A stretch of 64,000 nt of DNA from assembly GCA_038245295.1 (NCBI GenBank), contig JBBRSP010000001.1, positions 352,001 through 416,000 on the forward strand, given 5' to 3'. Origin of the DNA: Candidatus Binatia bacterium. Lineage in GTDB: Bacteria > Desulfobacterota > Binatia > HRBIN30. Of the stretch, positions 39,969 through 50,958 are shown piece by piece (the first letter of the stretch is position 1; every line of letters starts with the position of its first letter). A program made the position numbers and the translations under genes. The notes under the pieces are model-generated. The model was not told where the DNA came from. It saw nothing but the letters and a program-made list of their open reading frames with translations, and made no database searches.

Positions 39969-40703
39969 TTATGACAACAACCGCCCGCCGTCGACGGGCA
40001 GCACGACACCCGTGATGTAGTCGTTGCGTGCCAGAAACAAGACTGCCTGCGCGATGTTGTCGGCGTTGCCGGCGCGCTTGAGCAGAGTACGGTTGATTTC
40101 GCGTTCACGCAGTTCCTCGGGATAACCTTCGGGAAACAGCACGGGGCCGGGGGCGATGGCGTTGACGCGCACATCCGGCGCCAACTCCTTCGCAAGGGTC
40201 TGCGTCAACGTCACGATCCCCGCTTTCGCGATGTTGTACGGCAGGTACTCGGCCCACGGGCGGAGGGCGGCGACATCGGCCATGGTGATGATGCTGCCGC
40301 GGCCCTGGGCCTTCATGTGCAGGCCAAACGCCTGCGCGCACAACCATGTTACGCGTAGATTATGGTCGATCATGTCGTTCCAATCGTCGTCCCCGAGGGT
40401 CGCCAACGGCGTGCGTCGGAAGGCACCGACGTTGGCGACCAGGAGATCGACCCGACCGAACTGCTCAACGGTTCGCTGTAGTAAGTGCTCAACCTCGGCG
40501 CGCTGGGTCAGATCGCCCTGCAGGCTGATTGCCCTGGCTCCGGCGGTGGTTGCCTGGCGCGCCGTTGTCAGCGCCTCGGCTTGTGCCGAGTTGTAGTGCA
40601 CGACAACGTCGAAGCCGTTGTGCGCGAGCAGAAGAACCGAGGCGGCGCCGAGACGTTTGCTCCCGGCGGTGACGACGGCCACAGGTTTGGTCGGATGGCT
40701 CAT
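39969..40703 (-). CDS. SDR family oxidoreductase (pteridine reductase/FolM-like)
   Basis: VTAGSKRLG, VHYNS, YNIAK, VNAIAPG and VDGG motifs; ATGA overlap with pbpC. Confidence 0.85.
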   Translation of the reverse strand: MSHPTKPVAVVTAGSKRLGAASVLLLAHNGFDVVVHYNSAQAEALTTARQATTAGARAISLQGDLTQRAEVEHLLQRTVEQFGRVDLLVANVGAFRRTPLATLGDDDWNDMIDHNLRVTWLCAQAFGLHMKAQGRGSIITMADVAALRPWAEYLPYNIAKAGIVTLTQTLAKELAPDVRVNAIAPGPVLFPEGYPEELREREINRTLLKRAGNADNIAQAVLFLARNDYITGVVLPVDGGRLLS

Positions 40704-42877
40704 GTCTTGGGGCGCCTTCCCGAACGGGCCGCCTCTGGCCACGCACCGCGCACGCGTAGTCGAACCGTGTCGAGGATACGGCCGTTCGTATCTTGCAGCG
40801 TCAGGGTGTGCGGGCCCGCCTCCGGCGTCCACCATGCGTCGCCTCGCACACTGCCGATATCGATGCCGTCGACAACCCAACGCCGATCGGCTGCTGCGGT
40901 CTGTGCTTGTAAGGGAATGCGCTGGCGATCCATGCCGATATCCGGGTCGATCGCGACGATTGCCCCTGCTACCGGCGTGACGATGTGCTCGCGACCCTCC
41001 GAGCGCTTGATCACCGCCGTGATCGGCTCGGTGCCGGCCAGATACCACTCGCGGCGCGCCAACTCCGTGGTGTCGGGAAACTCCGACCACTGCGCCACGA
41101 CACCGAGCGGCGGCGTCGGTGCCTGACTGCTGTGTTGACGATGCATCGATTCCATCAGGTCGTGCCAGATCAACGCCGCACCGGAGACGCCGGTCACATC
41201 ATGCATCGGCGCTCCTGAAGCGTTGCCTACCCACACGCCGATTGTGTAGCGATCACTGAAACCGATGCACCAGTTGTCACGCATATCTTTACTGGTCCCC
41301 GTCTTTACCGCCGTCCACGAAGTTGTCCCGAGCGGTGAATCGAGCCCGAACGTAAGAGCCCGACTCTCGCGATCAGCAAGAATGTCATCAACAATGAAGA
41401 CGGCGGCCGGATCGAAAACGTTACCCGTCATTGGACTCGAGCCCGTGCCCTGGCCCGTGCCCGGCTTAAGCAGCCTCATCTCGCCAAACGCCCCACCGTT
41501 CGCGAGACTCCGATAGGCATTGACCAACTCCCAGAGATTCACATCAACGGCACCCAGGGCGAGTGCCGGGCCGTAGAATTCTGCCGGTCGATTGAGTTGT
41601 GCGAAGCCGAGTCGCCGCAGCTTGCTAAGCAGAGTATTCGGCCGCAGCAGCATCAAGGTTCGCACCGCCGGAACATTGATCGATCCAGCCAACGCCCGCC
41701 GCAGTGTCATCATTCCATGAAACCGGTGATCGTAGTTCTCCGGCCGATAGACCCCGGTGCTCTCGGCCACCTCGACAGGCGAGTCATCGAGCAGCGACGC
41801 GGCGGTTAGAACCTGACGCTCGAGCGCTGTGGCGTAGAGGAACGGCTTGAGTGTGGAACCGGCCTGGCGTCGCGCCCGCACCGCGTCAACCTGCGGCGCC
41901 TGCGACAATCCGCCGCTGCCGCCGACATAAGCCATCACCTCACCGCTGGTGTTGTCGACAATCAAGACGGCGCCGTCGTCGACGTGGCGGTCGTGCAAGG
42001 CCAGCAGGTGCCGGCGCAGGGTCGCGGTGGCCAGCCGTTGCAGATCGATATCGATTGCAGTCGACACATCCGACGCTACCGCGGGCGTCAACAAACGAGC
42101 TGCCAGATGCGGTGCCAAATCGTCACGTTCGAGACGTCCCGGGGACTGCAACGCGCTGATCGCACTGTCGATGTCGACCTCCGTCCCGGCTCCTCCAAGC
42201 CGCGTCGCGAGGTGTCGCGCTCGCGCCGCCACGTGTTGCGCCGATGCGGTCGGATCACGCAGCAGGGCCGCCAGGACAAGCGACTCGGCGTCACTCAAAC
42301 CGTGTGGTGCTTTGGCGAACAGGGTGCCGGCGGCGGCGTTGATGCCGTGTATTTCACCGCGGAAGGCGATGACGTTGAGGTAGGCTTCGAAAATTTCGTC
42401 CTTCGACCAGGCGCGCTCAATGGCCCACGCAGCGCGCATCTGTTGCCATTTGAATCGCAACCCGCGCTCACTCTGACGGCGCTGCAAGTGCGGTTCGAGC
42501 CAACGCGCCAGTTGCATGGTGATCGTACTGGCGCCGCGTGGTCGGTGACCGCGCAGGACCTCGGTGATCGAGGCCACAATGGCATAGTAGTCGACGCCGT
42601 CGTGATTCCAGAAGCGGCGGTCTTCGACGGCGACGACGGCACGCTGCAGCGCCGGCGAGATCTGCAACAATGGTGTCCACGCCCAACGGCGCACCCTGGC
42701 GTCGACACGGCGTTGGCCGAGGTTCTGGCCGGAGCGGTCGAGGAGGCGGAGGTCGGAGGGGTGGTGGTGGTCCTTCACCTCTTGGAAGGATGGTGCTTGG
42801 TCGGGGCTTTGGGAAGCAAGGACTGCAAGGACTACAAGGACTGCAGCGGATGCTCCAATGCAAGCGCGTCCTTTCAT
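40700..42877 (-). CDS. pbpC: Penicillin-binding protein 1C
   Basis: EDRRF, GASTITMQLAR, GSTLKPF, SIN and KTGTSKDMRDNW motifs; directly downstream of alpha2-macroglobulin with ATGA overlap. Confidence 0.92.
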   Translation of the reverse strand: MKGRACIGASAAVLVVLAVLASQSPDQAPSFQEVKDHHHPSDLRLLDRSGQNLGQRRVDARVRRWAWTPLLQISPALQRAVVAVEDRRFWNHDGVDYYAIVASITEVLRGHRPRGASTITMQLARWLEPHLQRRQSERGLRFKWQQMRAAWAIERAWSKDEIFEAYLNVIAFRGEIHGINAAAGTLFAKAPHGLSDAESLVLAALLRDPTASAQHVAARARHLATRLGGAGTEVDIDSAISALQSPGRLERDDLAPHLAARLLTPAVASDVSTAIDIDLQRLATATLRRHLLALHDRHVDDGAVLIVDNTSGEVMAYVGGSGGLSQAPQVDAVRARRQAGSTLKPFLYATALERQVLTAASLLDDSPVEVAESTGVYRPENYDHRFHGMMTLRRALAGSINVPAVRTLMLLRPNTLLSKLRRLGFAQLNRPAEFYGPALALGAVDVNLWELVNAYRSLANGGAFGEMRLLKPGTGQGTGSSPMTGNVFDPAAVFIVDDILADRESRALTFGLDSPLGTTSWTAVKTGTSKDMRDNWCIGFSDRYTIGVWVGNASGAPMHDVTGVSGAALIWHDLMESMHRQHSSQAPTPPLGVVAQWSEFPDTTELARREWYLAGTEPITAVIKRSEGREHIVTPVAGAIVAIDPDIGMDRQRIPLQAQTAAADRRWVVDGIDIGSVRGDAWWTPEAGPHTLTLQDTNGRILDTVRLRVRGAWPEAARSGRRPKT
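42818..42844. repeat. 9-bp tandem repeat inside the pbpC membrane-anchor coding region
   Basis: aaggactgc-aaggactac-aaggactgc, encoding AVL-VVL-AVL on the minus strand. Confidence 0.75.
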
Positions 42878-45800
42878 GGATTGATTTGCCACCGGTCGTT
42901 GGGGAGGTCGCCTTGGAAGTCGGGCGTGTACATGGCTTCGATGTGGGTAGGCGGTAGCTGGAAGGTGCCGGCGTGATCAAGACGGAAGGCGTGGCGTAGA
43001 TGCCATGTTCCCTTCGCCAGTGAGCTGAAATAGGCGCGGTAGGTGTCGAACGGGTTCTCGACGAAGGTTGGGTAGAGGACGTCGTCGGACCATTCGAGGC
43101 GCGGTGCGGCGTGTGACGCGCCTGCCGGGATCGGGTCATCAATGACGACCCAAGGCATGGCCGCGGCGGCGCCGATCTCGATGTCGGCTTCGACGACGTC
43201 ACCCTGGCTCCACTGCCCGGGAACCTTCTGCTGCGCCGCTTTGTAGCTTTTCTTGATTGTGTAGCCGGCGAAGCGCGGTTGGCGCAGCGGCACGGCCGCG
43301 CGCAGCTCCACCATGGCCCACGGCGTTCCGGTGCCCGTATGGCCGAGCGTCAGATCGGTCGGCTGGGCCGGCCAGCCGAAACTCATTTTACCGGGTGCAG
43401 CGGCCGCCCAGTCGACCTGCTGCGAATCGTTGCCGAGGTGGGCCTGCGTCGTGCCACTGACCGCCGTCGTCTCGAATTTCGCGGCGAACCGGTCGAGGGC
43501 GACCCGACCCCATGCGTTGGCGATGGTGGTAATCCACGCACCGTTGCGTTGGCGTTGGATGGCGGCGCGCATCAGCTTTGGCAATTCGCCTGTCCACCGA
43601 TTGGTGGCGATCAGATCCCCCACCAGCCGCACGGCGTTGATGTCGGGGTCGGCCAGCAACCACGGCAACGAGTCGCTCGTGTCCGTCGAGAAGCTCAGGG
43701 TGGAGCCGGTCAATGTCAGGCGCGCGCGCAGGAGCTGTTCGACTTCCATCAGACGCGAGGCTTGCTTGGGGATGCCCTGGACGCGGCTCAGGATCGTCCA
43801 CCAGTCGAGCACGGCCGATGTCGGCCACAGCTGTGGCTCGATGACGAGACTCTCCAGCAACGCCGGCGTCGCCGCGTCGGCGCGCGCCAGGGCCGCGACG
43901 GCGGCGAGTTTGCGCATGGCAAGATCGGGAAGTGTCGATCCCTCCTGGATGCCGCCGCTGACGAAACGCTGCAGGGCGCTCTTGAGGCGATCCTCTAGCT
44001 CCGCCGGCAGCGGCAACGCTGCCGCCTTGGCGATCGACAGGACATACGCGGTGAGAACCGAGCTACCTTCCTGCATGGATGGGAAGAACTTCAGCAGCCC
44101 GTCCGGATGTTCGTAGGCTGGCATCTCCGCCACCAGGCGATCCCACAGCTCGCGATCGGCCGTTATCACAGCGCGCGAGACGCGTTGCTCGAGGCAACTG
44201 TACGCGTAGTGGTCCATCCATTCCACCAGGCCGCTGGTGTTGCCGGCCAAGGAAGCGGCGAGCTGCACAACAACGCCACCGCGTCCGCCGTCCGCCTCGC
44301 GCGGCATTTCGATACGATCGGTCGTCGTCGTTGCCAACCGGCGGAGCACTGCCTGGTACGTGCGCACGGCGGTGACGGGAAGAATCTTTTGTGGCACCTT
44401 TACCTTGTCGGTGGTGCCGCCGGCCGTGGCTATGACCTGGTACGTTGCGTTCACGGCGTCGACCGGAACGTCTACGGGCCAGGAAATCAGCTGCGATTCA
44501 TGTGGCCCAAGATGCACCGGTTGGTCGCCAGCGCTGAACTTTAGTCCGTCGATCGCCAGATTCACAGTCGCATCCATGGTGGTTTCGGTGGTGTTGCGTA
44601 TGGTGAACTCAGCCGGGAAGCGGTCGCCTTGGCGCGCGATCGGCGGAACACCGGGTAACACCATGAGGTCTTGCGTACTGCGGATCGACGTCGAGCCGCT
44701 GCCGAAACGATCGCTGCCGGCGTGGGCGACGGCGACGATGCGAAAGCTGGTGAGTGAATCGTTCAGTGGAACCTCGACGTTGGCGTTGCCCGCTGCATCG
44801 AGCGCGACACGTCCCTGCCAGAGCAGCAACGTGTCGAACAACTCACGCGTCCCTTGAAAGCCACCGCCCCCACCTTGCGGCCGCGCTTTGAGCCCGAAGT
44901 GACGGCGGCCAATGACCTGACCCTGCATCGTCGAGGTGTTCACCTCATAGGGGCGGCGCGCCATCATTGCATCGAGAATCTGCCAGCTACGATTTGGGCG
45001 CAACTCGAGCAACCCTTCGTCGACCGCAGCGACCGCCAGTTCGGCCGGCCCAGGCAACGCCGAGCCGTCGGCCGTGGCGACATGAATGTCGACATGAGCT
45101 TTGTCGCGTACGCGGTACGTGGGCCGATCGGCCTTTACCTCGACGTTGAGTTGAAACGGTTTCCAACCGACGTCGATCGAGGCGATACCGAGCTTGTAGG
45201 CGGGGCGGCCGAGGTCGACCATGGCGGTGGGTTGGATGTCGCCGACACGTCCTCGTACCACCAATGCCGAGACGAATACGTTGGGTGCAAACTCGGGGCG
45301 GATCGGTATCTCAATGACGGGTTTGGTGCCCGAGATGTGGACGACCTGGGCGGTCAGGACACCCTCGCGTTCGGCGGTGACCAGGACGTTGGCCTCGCGA
45401 AACGGCATGCGCAGCTGAAAGCGCGCGACATCACCGGCTTCGTAGTGGTCCGACTCCGGGATCAGATCGATACGGTCGCTCGGGCTGCCCTCTTGCAGGA
45501 ACTCGCCTTCGTCTTCGCTCCACACCTCGGCGTGCGCCAGGCATTTGTTGCCGCTCGCATCGACTGTCTTGGCGACGAGGATGAGGCGCCCGCCAGCCGG
45601 CGTGGGCCCCTCACAGGAGAAGCGTCCGTGTTCGTCGGAGACGCCGGCGCAGAAGGGACCCAGCTCGGTCGTCTCTTGTGAGGTTGCATAGGCGTAGAAA
45701 CCGCCGACGAGACGTTGGCGGTGCGTGTATTCGAGACGCTTGAATGCCTGCACCTCGACCCGTGCGCCGGCGATTGGTTTTAGGTTTACGTCGACGACAA

Positions 45801-48513
45801 TGGCCTGGGCTGTAAGTTTGTGTTCGGCGCCGGCGGAGTTGTCGATCGACACGCCGACGAGCTGCGCCGCCGGCCACAGGCGCAGCGACTGCGCCGTCGT
45901 TTGCACCTGGCCGTTGGTATCACGGTACTCCATCTCCAGGTGCAGGTCGCGCGCCACGCCGTCGCGCGGCAGCTCCTTCACCACGTCGACCGCTGTGCCG
46001 TTGGCATCAAGCGTGATGCGATCGCTCTGATGCACGGCTGTCGACGCCGCGGCTTCATCGGTCAACTCGCGTTTACCAGCGGTCACGGTGCCGTTGGCGA
46101 AGGTGAACTCGCCCAAATGCGGCGGTGTGCTGAATGCCGCCGGCAGTAGCGACGCGCGTATCGTGACCGGTGCGGCGCTCGCCGCGCCGCCGGAGAGGTA
46201 CTGCAGCGAGACATCGATGGGCACACTCGGGGCGCCGACTTGCGGCTCCTTCGGGGCGGTGAGTCGACCGCGCATCAGCGGTAAACGAAATTCGCTGACC
46301 GTGAAGCTGGGCGAGAAGAACAAGTAGTCGCTGTCGTGCCAGCGCAATGCATAGGAACCGAGCTTGGCGCTGCGCGGAATCTCCCAGGTCGACTCAGCGG
46401 TTCCGTCGCTGCTCCACGTCAGCGGTACCTCGAAGCGATCGTTGCTGCCGAGGTGTTCGATGACGAGTTTTGGCGGCAGATCCTTCGGAAGGTCGAAACC
46501 GGCCGACGTCTTACGGCGCGCGATGTGTTTCATGTGCACGGTTTCACCGGCGCGAAACATCGGTCGATCGAGAATCGTGTAGGGACTCCACGACGCCGTG
46601 CCCCAGATGGTCGGCAGTTGGAAGCGCCACGGCTCGATGCCGTCGTTCCATTCGGAATGGGTGAAGCTGAAGTCGCCGTCGCGTTGCGCGATCACCAGAA
46701 CACCGGACTGCAAGGCGCTCAAGTTGGCGATGGTCTCGCGATCACTCCAGTCATCGTCGTTGCCGGTTTCTGGGGAACGCTCGCAGCGCGGGCCGGGGGA
46801 TGGGAACGGCAGGTCGGAGATCCACGCGATGCCGTGTTCGTCGGTCTCACCCTGCCAGACGCTGGTGCCATGACAATCGACGATCGTGATGGCGGCGCCG
46901 CTTACGGACTCGCCGCCGTCGAGCGTTGTGACCCATGCCAACGATCGTTCGCGTCCCCATTTGAAATGCACCGACAGATTGGTGACCAATGCCGCAGCGG
47001 ACACGTACATGGTCTGGTTCTCGCCCAGCAATCGGGCGCCGAGTGCCGGGCTGGCGATCTCGACGACGTACAAGCCCGGCGCCTCGAGTGGCAGGCCGAC
47101 GACCTCGGTCTCCTGGGCCGGCTTCGGTTTCGGAATGCTGATTGGTTTGGCGCCGCGGGCGGTTGTGAAGATACTCTTTCTGCGGCTCGAGGTGCTGACG
47201 GCATCGAGCCAGTGCAGAATCTGGCTGACCGCCGATGCATCGAGACGCATCACCTTGCCGCTGACCTGTTCCCAGGCGCTGCCGGCGCCATTGCTCGCCG
47301 GCGGCGCTGCCACCGTCTGTTGTTGTCCGCTCATCAGCATTTCGACATTGCGCACGGTAATCGGCAGGGCTGGCTGAGCCTTCGATTCGAGGACGCCGAA
47401 GCGCGCAGCGAATTTCGCGAGAGCCGGCATGGCGCCGGTCTTCGCATCGGGGGCCGATCGATTCGGTTCTTCCAGCGGACGGCCGGCGTCGTCGTGCAGA
47501 TTCTCCGGCAGCACGACTTTGAGGGCGGTGTTTTCGGGAAACGGCGGACGAAAGACGACCGAATCGACGAACAGGTCATTGTCGTTGGTGCTGGCCTCCC
47601 ACGTTTTCCCGGCACCATCTTCAAGGCGTGCCTGCTCGGCGACGGCGCGCGCCACCGGGGCGCCGAATTGGAGGCGAATCGGCAGCAGCGGGATACATCC
47701 GGCGTGGGCGTTCTCGCGATCACAATGGATCCAGGCGCGAAAGGCCTGGCGGGTGCGGAACAGGAACTTCTGCGGTGTTGCGACGGTGACGCCGCCACTC
47801 GATTGAATACCCGCGCCCCAGACCAGGGTGACCTTGGTGTCTTGTGGGAAATGACGGCGCGCCTGAATGATCAACGTCGTTGGCTTGGCGAGCTCTGACC
47901 ACAGCGTATCGAGGATCGCCTTGCGGGCCTGATCCTTCAGAACGTTGATGCCGACGCGTTCGCCGACGCCGTCGACCATGAAGTACGCATGCTGCAGCAG
48001 CGACGCTTCGGTCACAGGACTATCGACCTCGAGGGCGAACGCCTGGTCTTCGCTGATGCGGCTATCGTTCCCCTCGCTGTCGTCCGCATCGGGTTCCCGC
48101 GCCGCCGGACGAACTTCGAGTACCGCGGGGGCGCCCGTGTTGAAGCGGAACGCCCGGGTGCCGGTGAATGGCGTGCCGGCGGCGGACTTCAGATCACCGC
48201 GAACCGTACACGTGCACAGGACGCCGCCGGGAAGGTCGGCCTCGAAGTCATAGATCCAGGTGTTGGTGTCGGCCCAGCGACCGTTGCGTTTGCCGGGACA
48301 ATCACAGTCGAGCGGCGCCGGCTCATCCGACGGTGAGCCAAGCGCCACCACCGGTCGCGAAAAGCGGGCGCTGATCTGACGTACAGGTTTCACTTCTCCC
48401 TGTGGCGAGAAGACGTCCATCGTGAACGGTTTTGGGGCGGCCGACTTGGCGGCGCCAAGCAGTAGCGGCAACGCCGCGAGCGAAATCAGGATGGGGAGAA
48501 GTCGACGCCTCAT
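42874..48513 (-). CDS. Bacterial alpha-2-macroglobulin
   Basis: 1879 aa with signal peptide, DRPMFRAGETV, AAVDEG, GGGGG bait-adjacent region, LNDSLTSFRIVA and thioester YSCLEQ. Confidence 0.93.
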   Translation of the reverse strand: MRRRLLPILISLAALPLLLGAAKSAAPKPFTMDVFSPQGEVKPVRQISARFSRPVVALGSPSDEPAPLDCDCPGKRNGRWADTNTWIYDFEADLPGGVLCTCTVRGDLKSAAGTPFTGTRAFRFNTGAPAVLEVRPAAREPDADDSEGNDSRISEDQAFALEVDSPVTEASLLQHAYFMVDGVGERVGINVLKDQARKAILDTLWSELAKPTTLIIQARRHFPQDTKVTLVWGAGIQSSGGVTVATPQKFLFRTRQAFRAWIHCDRENAHAGCIPLLPIRLQFGAPVARAVAEQARLEDGAGKTWEASTNDNDLFVDSVVFRPPFPENTALKVVLPENLHDDAGRPLEEPNRSAPDAKTGAMPALAKFAARFGVLESKAQPALPITVRNVEMLMSGQQQTVAAPPASNGAGSAWEQVSGKVMRLDASAVSQILHWLDAVSTSSRRKSIFTTARGAKPISIPKPKPAQETEVVGLPLEAPGLYVVEIASPALGARLLGENQTMYVSAAALVTNLSVHFKWGRERSLAWVTTLDGGESVSGAAITIVDCHGTSVWQGETDEHGIAWISDLPFPSPGPRCERSPETGNDDDWSDRETIANLSALQSGVLVIAQRDGDFSFTHSEWNDGIEPWRFQLPTIWGTASWSPYTILDRPMFRAGETVHMKHIARRKTSAGFDLPKDLPPKLVIEHLGSNDRFEVPLTWSSDGTAESTWEIPRSAKLGSYALRWHDSDYLFFSPSFTVSEFRLPLMRGRLTAPKEPQVGAPSVPIDVSLQYLSGGAASAAPVTIRASLLPAAFSTPPHLGEFTFANGTVTAGKRELTDEAAASTAVHQSDRITLDANGTAVDVVKELPRDGVARDLHLEMEYRDTNGQVQTTAQSLRLWPAAQLVGVSIDNSAGAEHKLTAQAIVVDVNLKPIAGARVEVQAFKRLEYTHRQRLVGGFYAYATSQETTELGPFCAGVSDEHGRFSCEGPTPAGGRLILVAKTVDASGNKCLAHAEVWSEDEGEFLQEGSPSDRIDLIPESDHYEAGDVARFQLRMPFREANVLVTAEREGVLTAQVVHISGTKPVIEIPIRPEFAPNVFVSALVVRGRVGDIQPTAMVDLGRPAYKLGIASIDVGWKPFQLNVEVKADRPTYRVRDKAHVDIHVATADGSALPGPAELAVAAVDEGLLELRPNRSWQILDAMMARRPYEVNTSTMQGQVIGRRHFGLKARPQGGGGGFQGTRELFDTLLLWQGRVALDAAGNANVEVPLNDSLTSFRIVAVAHAGSDRFGSGSTSIRSTQDLMVLPGVPPIARQGDRFPAEFTIRNTTETTMDATVNLAIDGLKFSAGDQPVHLGPHESQLISWPVDVPVDAVNATYQVIATAGGTTDKVKVPQKILPVTAVRTYQAVLRRLATTTTDRIEMPREADGGRGGVVVQLAASLAGNTSGLVEWMDHYAYSCLEQRVSRAVITADRELWDRLVAEMPAYEHPDGLLKFFPSMQEGSSVLTAYVLSIAKAAALPLPAELEDRLKSALQRFVSGGIQEGSTLPDLAMRKLAAVAALARADAATPALLESLVIEPQLWPTSAVLDWWTILSRVQGIPKQASRLMEVEQLLRARLTLTGSTLSFSTDTSDSLPWLLADPDINAVRLVGDLIATNRWTGELPKLMRAAIQRQRNGAWITTIANAWGRVALDRFAAKFETTAVSGTTQAHLGNDSQQVDWAAAAPGKMSFGWPAQPTDLTLGHTGTGTPWAMVELRAAVPLRQPRFAGYTIKKSYKAAQQKVPGQWSQGDVVEADIEIGAAAAMPWVVIDDPIPAGASHAAPRLEWSDDVLYPTFVENPFDTYRAYFSSLAKGTWHLRHAFRLDHAGTFQLPPTHIEAMYTPDFQGDLPNDRWQINP

Positions 48514-48585
48514 TGAGGCGTACTCTTACTCATCCGCTTCATCGTCGCGCAACTGCGATTGCGGGGGCAGACGCGATGCGTGTCC

Positions 48586-50910
48586 CTAGTCGGGGGGCGT
48601 GTCGGCAATCGCCTCGTCTTCCGGCGTTGGTTCCGGTGCGGCAGCCGGCGCGTGCAACGAGCAAGGTTCGGTGGGCGCACGGCCTGCTGGAAAGGCTTCA
48701 TCGAGCGAGGTAGGACAATCGGCCGTCGCCAGCTGGCCGGAGGCGGGATCGATTCGCACGGTGACGATCGTCGGCGGCGCGATGAACGGTTGTTGCGGGC
48801 GCGGCCCCAGGGCGCGTCGCATGAAGTCGGCCCAGATCGGCAGGGCCGCGTCACCGCCCGTAAGGTGCAGCGGTCGCGGATCGTCGAAGCCGACCCAGAC
48901 GATGGTGACGAGTTCGGGAGTGTATCCGGCAAACCACGCGTCTTTGTAATCGCTGGTCGTGCCGGTCTTGCCTGCCGCCGGACGGGTCCACCCGCGAGCT
49001 CGCACGGCGCGTCCGGTGCCACGTACCAGAACGCCTTCGAGCAGGTGCGTCACCAGATAGGCACTCTCCGGCGAGATGACCTGGTTGAACTGCACCGGTC
49101 GTCGCTCGAGAGCGATCCCATCGTGGGCGCGGATCTGTTTGATCGACACCAGATCGGCGCGTACGCCGCCGTTGGCGAGCACACTGTACGCTTGGGCAAT
49201 CTCGAGAGGTGACACCTCGGCGGCACCCAGGGCGATCGATGGGAACTCGCCGAGCGGTGACGTGATGCCCATGCGACGCGCCGTATCGATCACGGCGCGC
49301 AACCCGATCTTCTGCGCAATGCGTGCGGTTGCGGCGTTGAGTGAATGTTCGAGGGCTTCGCGCATACTAACGCTGCCGACGTAGGTCTTGTCGTAATTGG
49401 CGGGGCTCCAGCTCTGTCCCTGGAACACCCAGGTGAACGGTTCATCGTCGATGCGTGACGTCGGCAGCATACGCTCGGCCTCGTCGGGGACCTCGAACGC
49501 CGCGGTGTAGACGAACGGCTTGAACACCGAGCCCGGCTGTCGTCGCGCCTGTGTGCAGCGGTTGAACTGGGTGAAGCGGTAGTCGCGGCCACCCATCATG
49601 GCGCGGATGGCGCCGGTCTGCGGTTCGACGGCGAGCAGGCAGCCTTGCAACCGCGCCCCTGGATCGTCGGAGCGCAAACGTGGGTGCGCTTTTTCGATCG
49701 CGTCGAGCCCGCTCTGCAGGGCTTTCTCGGCGAGCAGCTGGAGCCGTGTATCGAGGGTCGTCTCGACATCGAGCCCTTCGGCGGACAGGACGTCGGCGTC
49801 GTAAGCGGCCGTCAGCTCCTGGCGCACGAAGTCGACGAAGTAGGGTGCATCGTCGGCATGCGCCGGCACCTCGGCGGTGCGCAACGGCTCGGCGACGGCC
49901 GCCTCATACTCGGCCTGGGTAAGGTGCTTGTTCTCGAACATCGCGTGCAACACCGTGTTGCGTCGCTCTTTCGCGCGCTCGGGATGGCGCAGCGGCGAGT
50001 AGATGCTGGGGCCCCGAATGATGCCGGCGAGCACGGCCATCTCGCCGGCCGACAGGTCCTGCAGATCCTTGCCGAAATAGTGCTGTGCCGCCTCACGCAC
50101 GCCGTGGATCGCTTGGGCGCCGCGCTGACCGAGGTAGATCTCGTTGAGGTAGTTCTCGAGAATCTCCTGCTTTGTGAAGCGGTGCTCGACGATCAGCGCC
50201 ATCAGCATCTCGCGGCGCTTGCGCGCAAACGTGCGCTCGTCGGTGAGGAAGAAGTTTTTCATCAGCTGCTGTGTCAGAGTGCTGGCACCCTGGCGCATAC
50301 GTCCGGAAGTCAGATTGACGATGGTGGCGCGTACCAAGCCGATGAGGTCGACGCCGTGATGCGAGTAAAAACGTTGATCTTCGGTGTCGAGAATCGCCTG
50401 AATGAGTAGGGGAGGGACGTCCGCGAGCTTGACCAGATTGCGTTCTTCCCAGTTGCCCTGGAAGAGCGCCGTGATCAGCTTTGGCTCGAGGGCGACGATC
50501 GGCAGCTCCTCCTTGGAGTTGGCGTCTTCTATTCGCTGGATCATCTGGCCGCGCCCACTGACGATGCGTACCAGGTCGGATGCGCCCAACCCGGCTGACG
50601 ACTCGCGGCGGGCGATGAGCACTTCGCTCTCGGAGATCGTAAATTCCCCGTGCTTTAGCGGCGCCGATGCCGCGCGGCGGTAGCCGATGCGTTCGAGGGA
50701 GGCCTGCAGCTCCGCCGGGTCGAGAAGGAGCCCGGGATACAGAATCGGCCGATCGGCGACGACCTTCGACGGGAAGGCCCAGCGGTGATCGCGGAAGCGT
50801 TCGGTGACGACCGCGTCCCACGCCTGCAGGCGTGGCCACACGAAGAGGAAGAAAGCCAGGGTGGCTGCCACTCCGAGCAGGGCGAAGGCAGCAAGGAGGC
50901 GGCGCCACAT
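48586..50910 (-). CDS. mrcB: Class A penicillin-binding protein 1B
   Basis: N-terminal TM, UB2H-like region, EDQRF, GASTLTQQ, GSVFKP, SLN and KTGTT motifs. Confidence 0.88.
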   Translation of the reverse strand: MWRRLLAAFALLGVAATLAFFLFVWPRLQAWDAVVTERFRDHRWAFPSKVVADRPILYPGLLLDPAELQASLERIGYRRAASAPLKHGEFTISESEVLIARRESSAGLGASDLVRIVSGRGQMIQRIEDANSKEELPIVALEPKLITALFQGNWEERNLVKLADVPPLLIQAILDTEDQRFYSHHGVDLIGLVRATIVNLTSGRMRQGASTLTQQLMKNFFLTDERTFARKRREMLMALIVEHRFTKQEILENYLNEIYLGQRGAQAIHGVREAAQHYFGKDLQDLSAGEMAVLAGIIRGPSIYSPLRHPERAKERRNTVLHAMFENKHLTQAEYEAAVAEPLRTAEVPAHADDAPYFVDFVRQELTAAYDADVLSAEGLDVETTLDTRLQLLAEKALQSGLDAIEKAHPRLRSDDPGARLQGCLLAVEPQTGAIRAMMGGRDYRFTQFNRCTQARRQPGSVFKPFVYTAAFEVPDEAERMLPTSRIDDEPFTWVFQGQSWSPANYDKTYVGSVSMREALEHSLNAATARIAQKIGLRAVIDTARRMGITSPLGEFPSIALGAAEVSPLEIAQAYSVLANGGVRADLVSIKQIRAHDGIALERRPVQFNQVISPESAYLVTHLLEGVLVRGTGRAVRARGWTRPAAGKTGTTSDYKDAWFAGYTPELVTIVWVGFDDPRPLHLTGGDAALPIWADFMRRALGPRPQQPFIAPPTIVTVRIDPASGQLATADCPTSLDEAFPAGRAPTEPCSLHAPAAAPEPTPEDEAIADTPPD

Positions 50911-50922
50911 GGGTGGGGGGGC

Positions 50923-50950
50923 CGACCGGGCCGCCGAGGCGGCCCGGTCG
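50923..50950. terminator. Perfect GC-rich hairpin between degP and mrcB
   Basis: cgaccgggccgc-cgag-gcggcccggtcg (12-bp stem); no U-tract. Confidence 0.4.
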
Positions 50951-50958
50951 TGGGTGCT

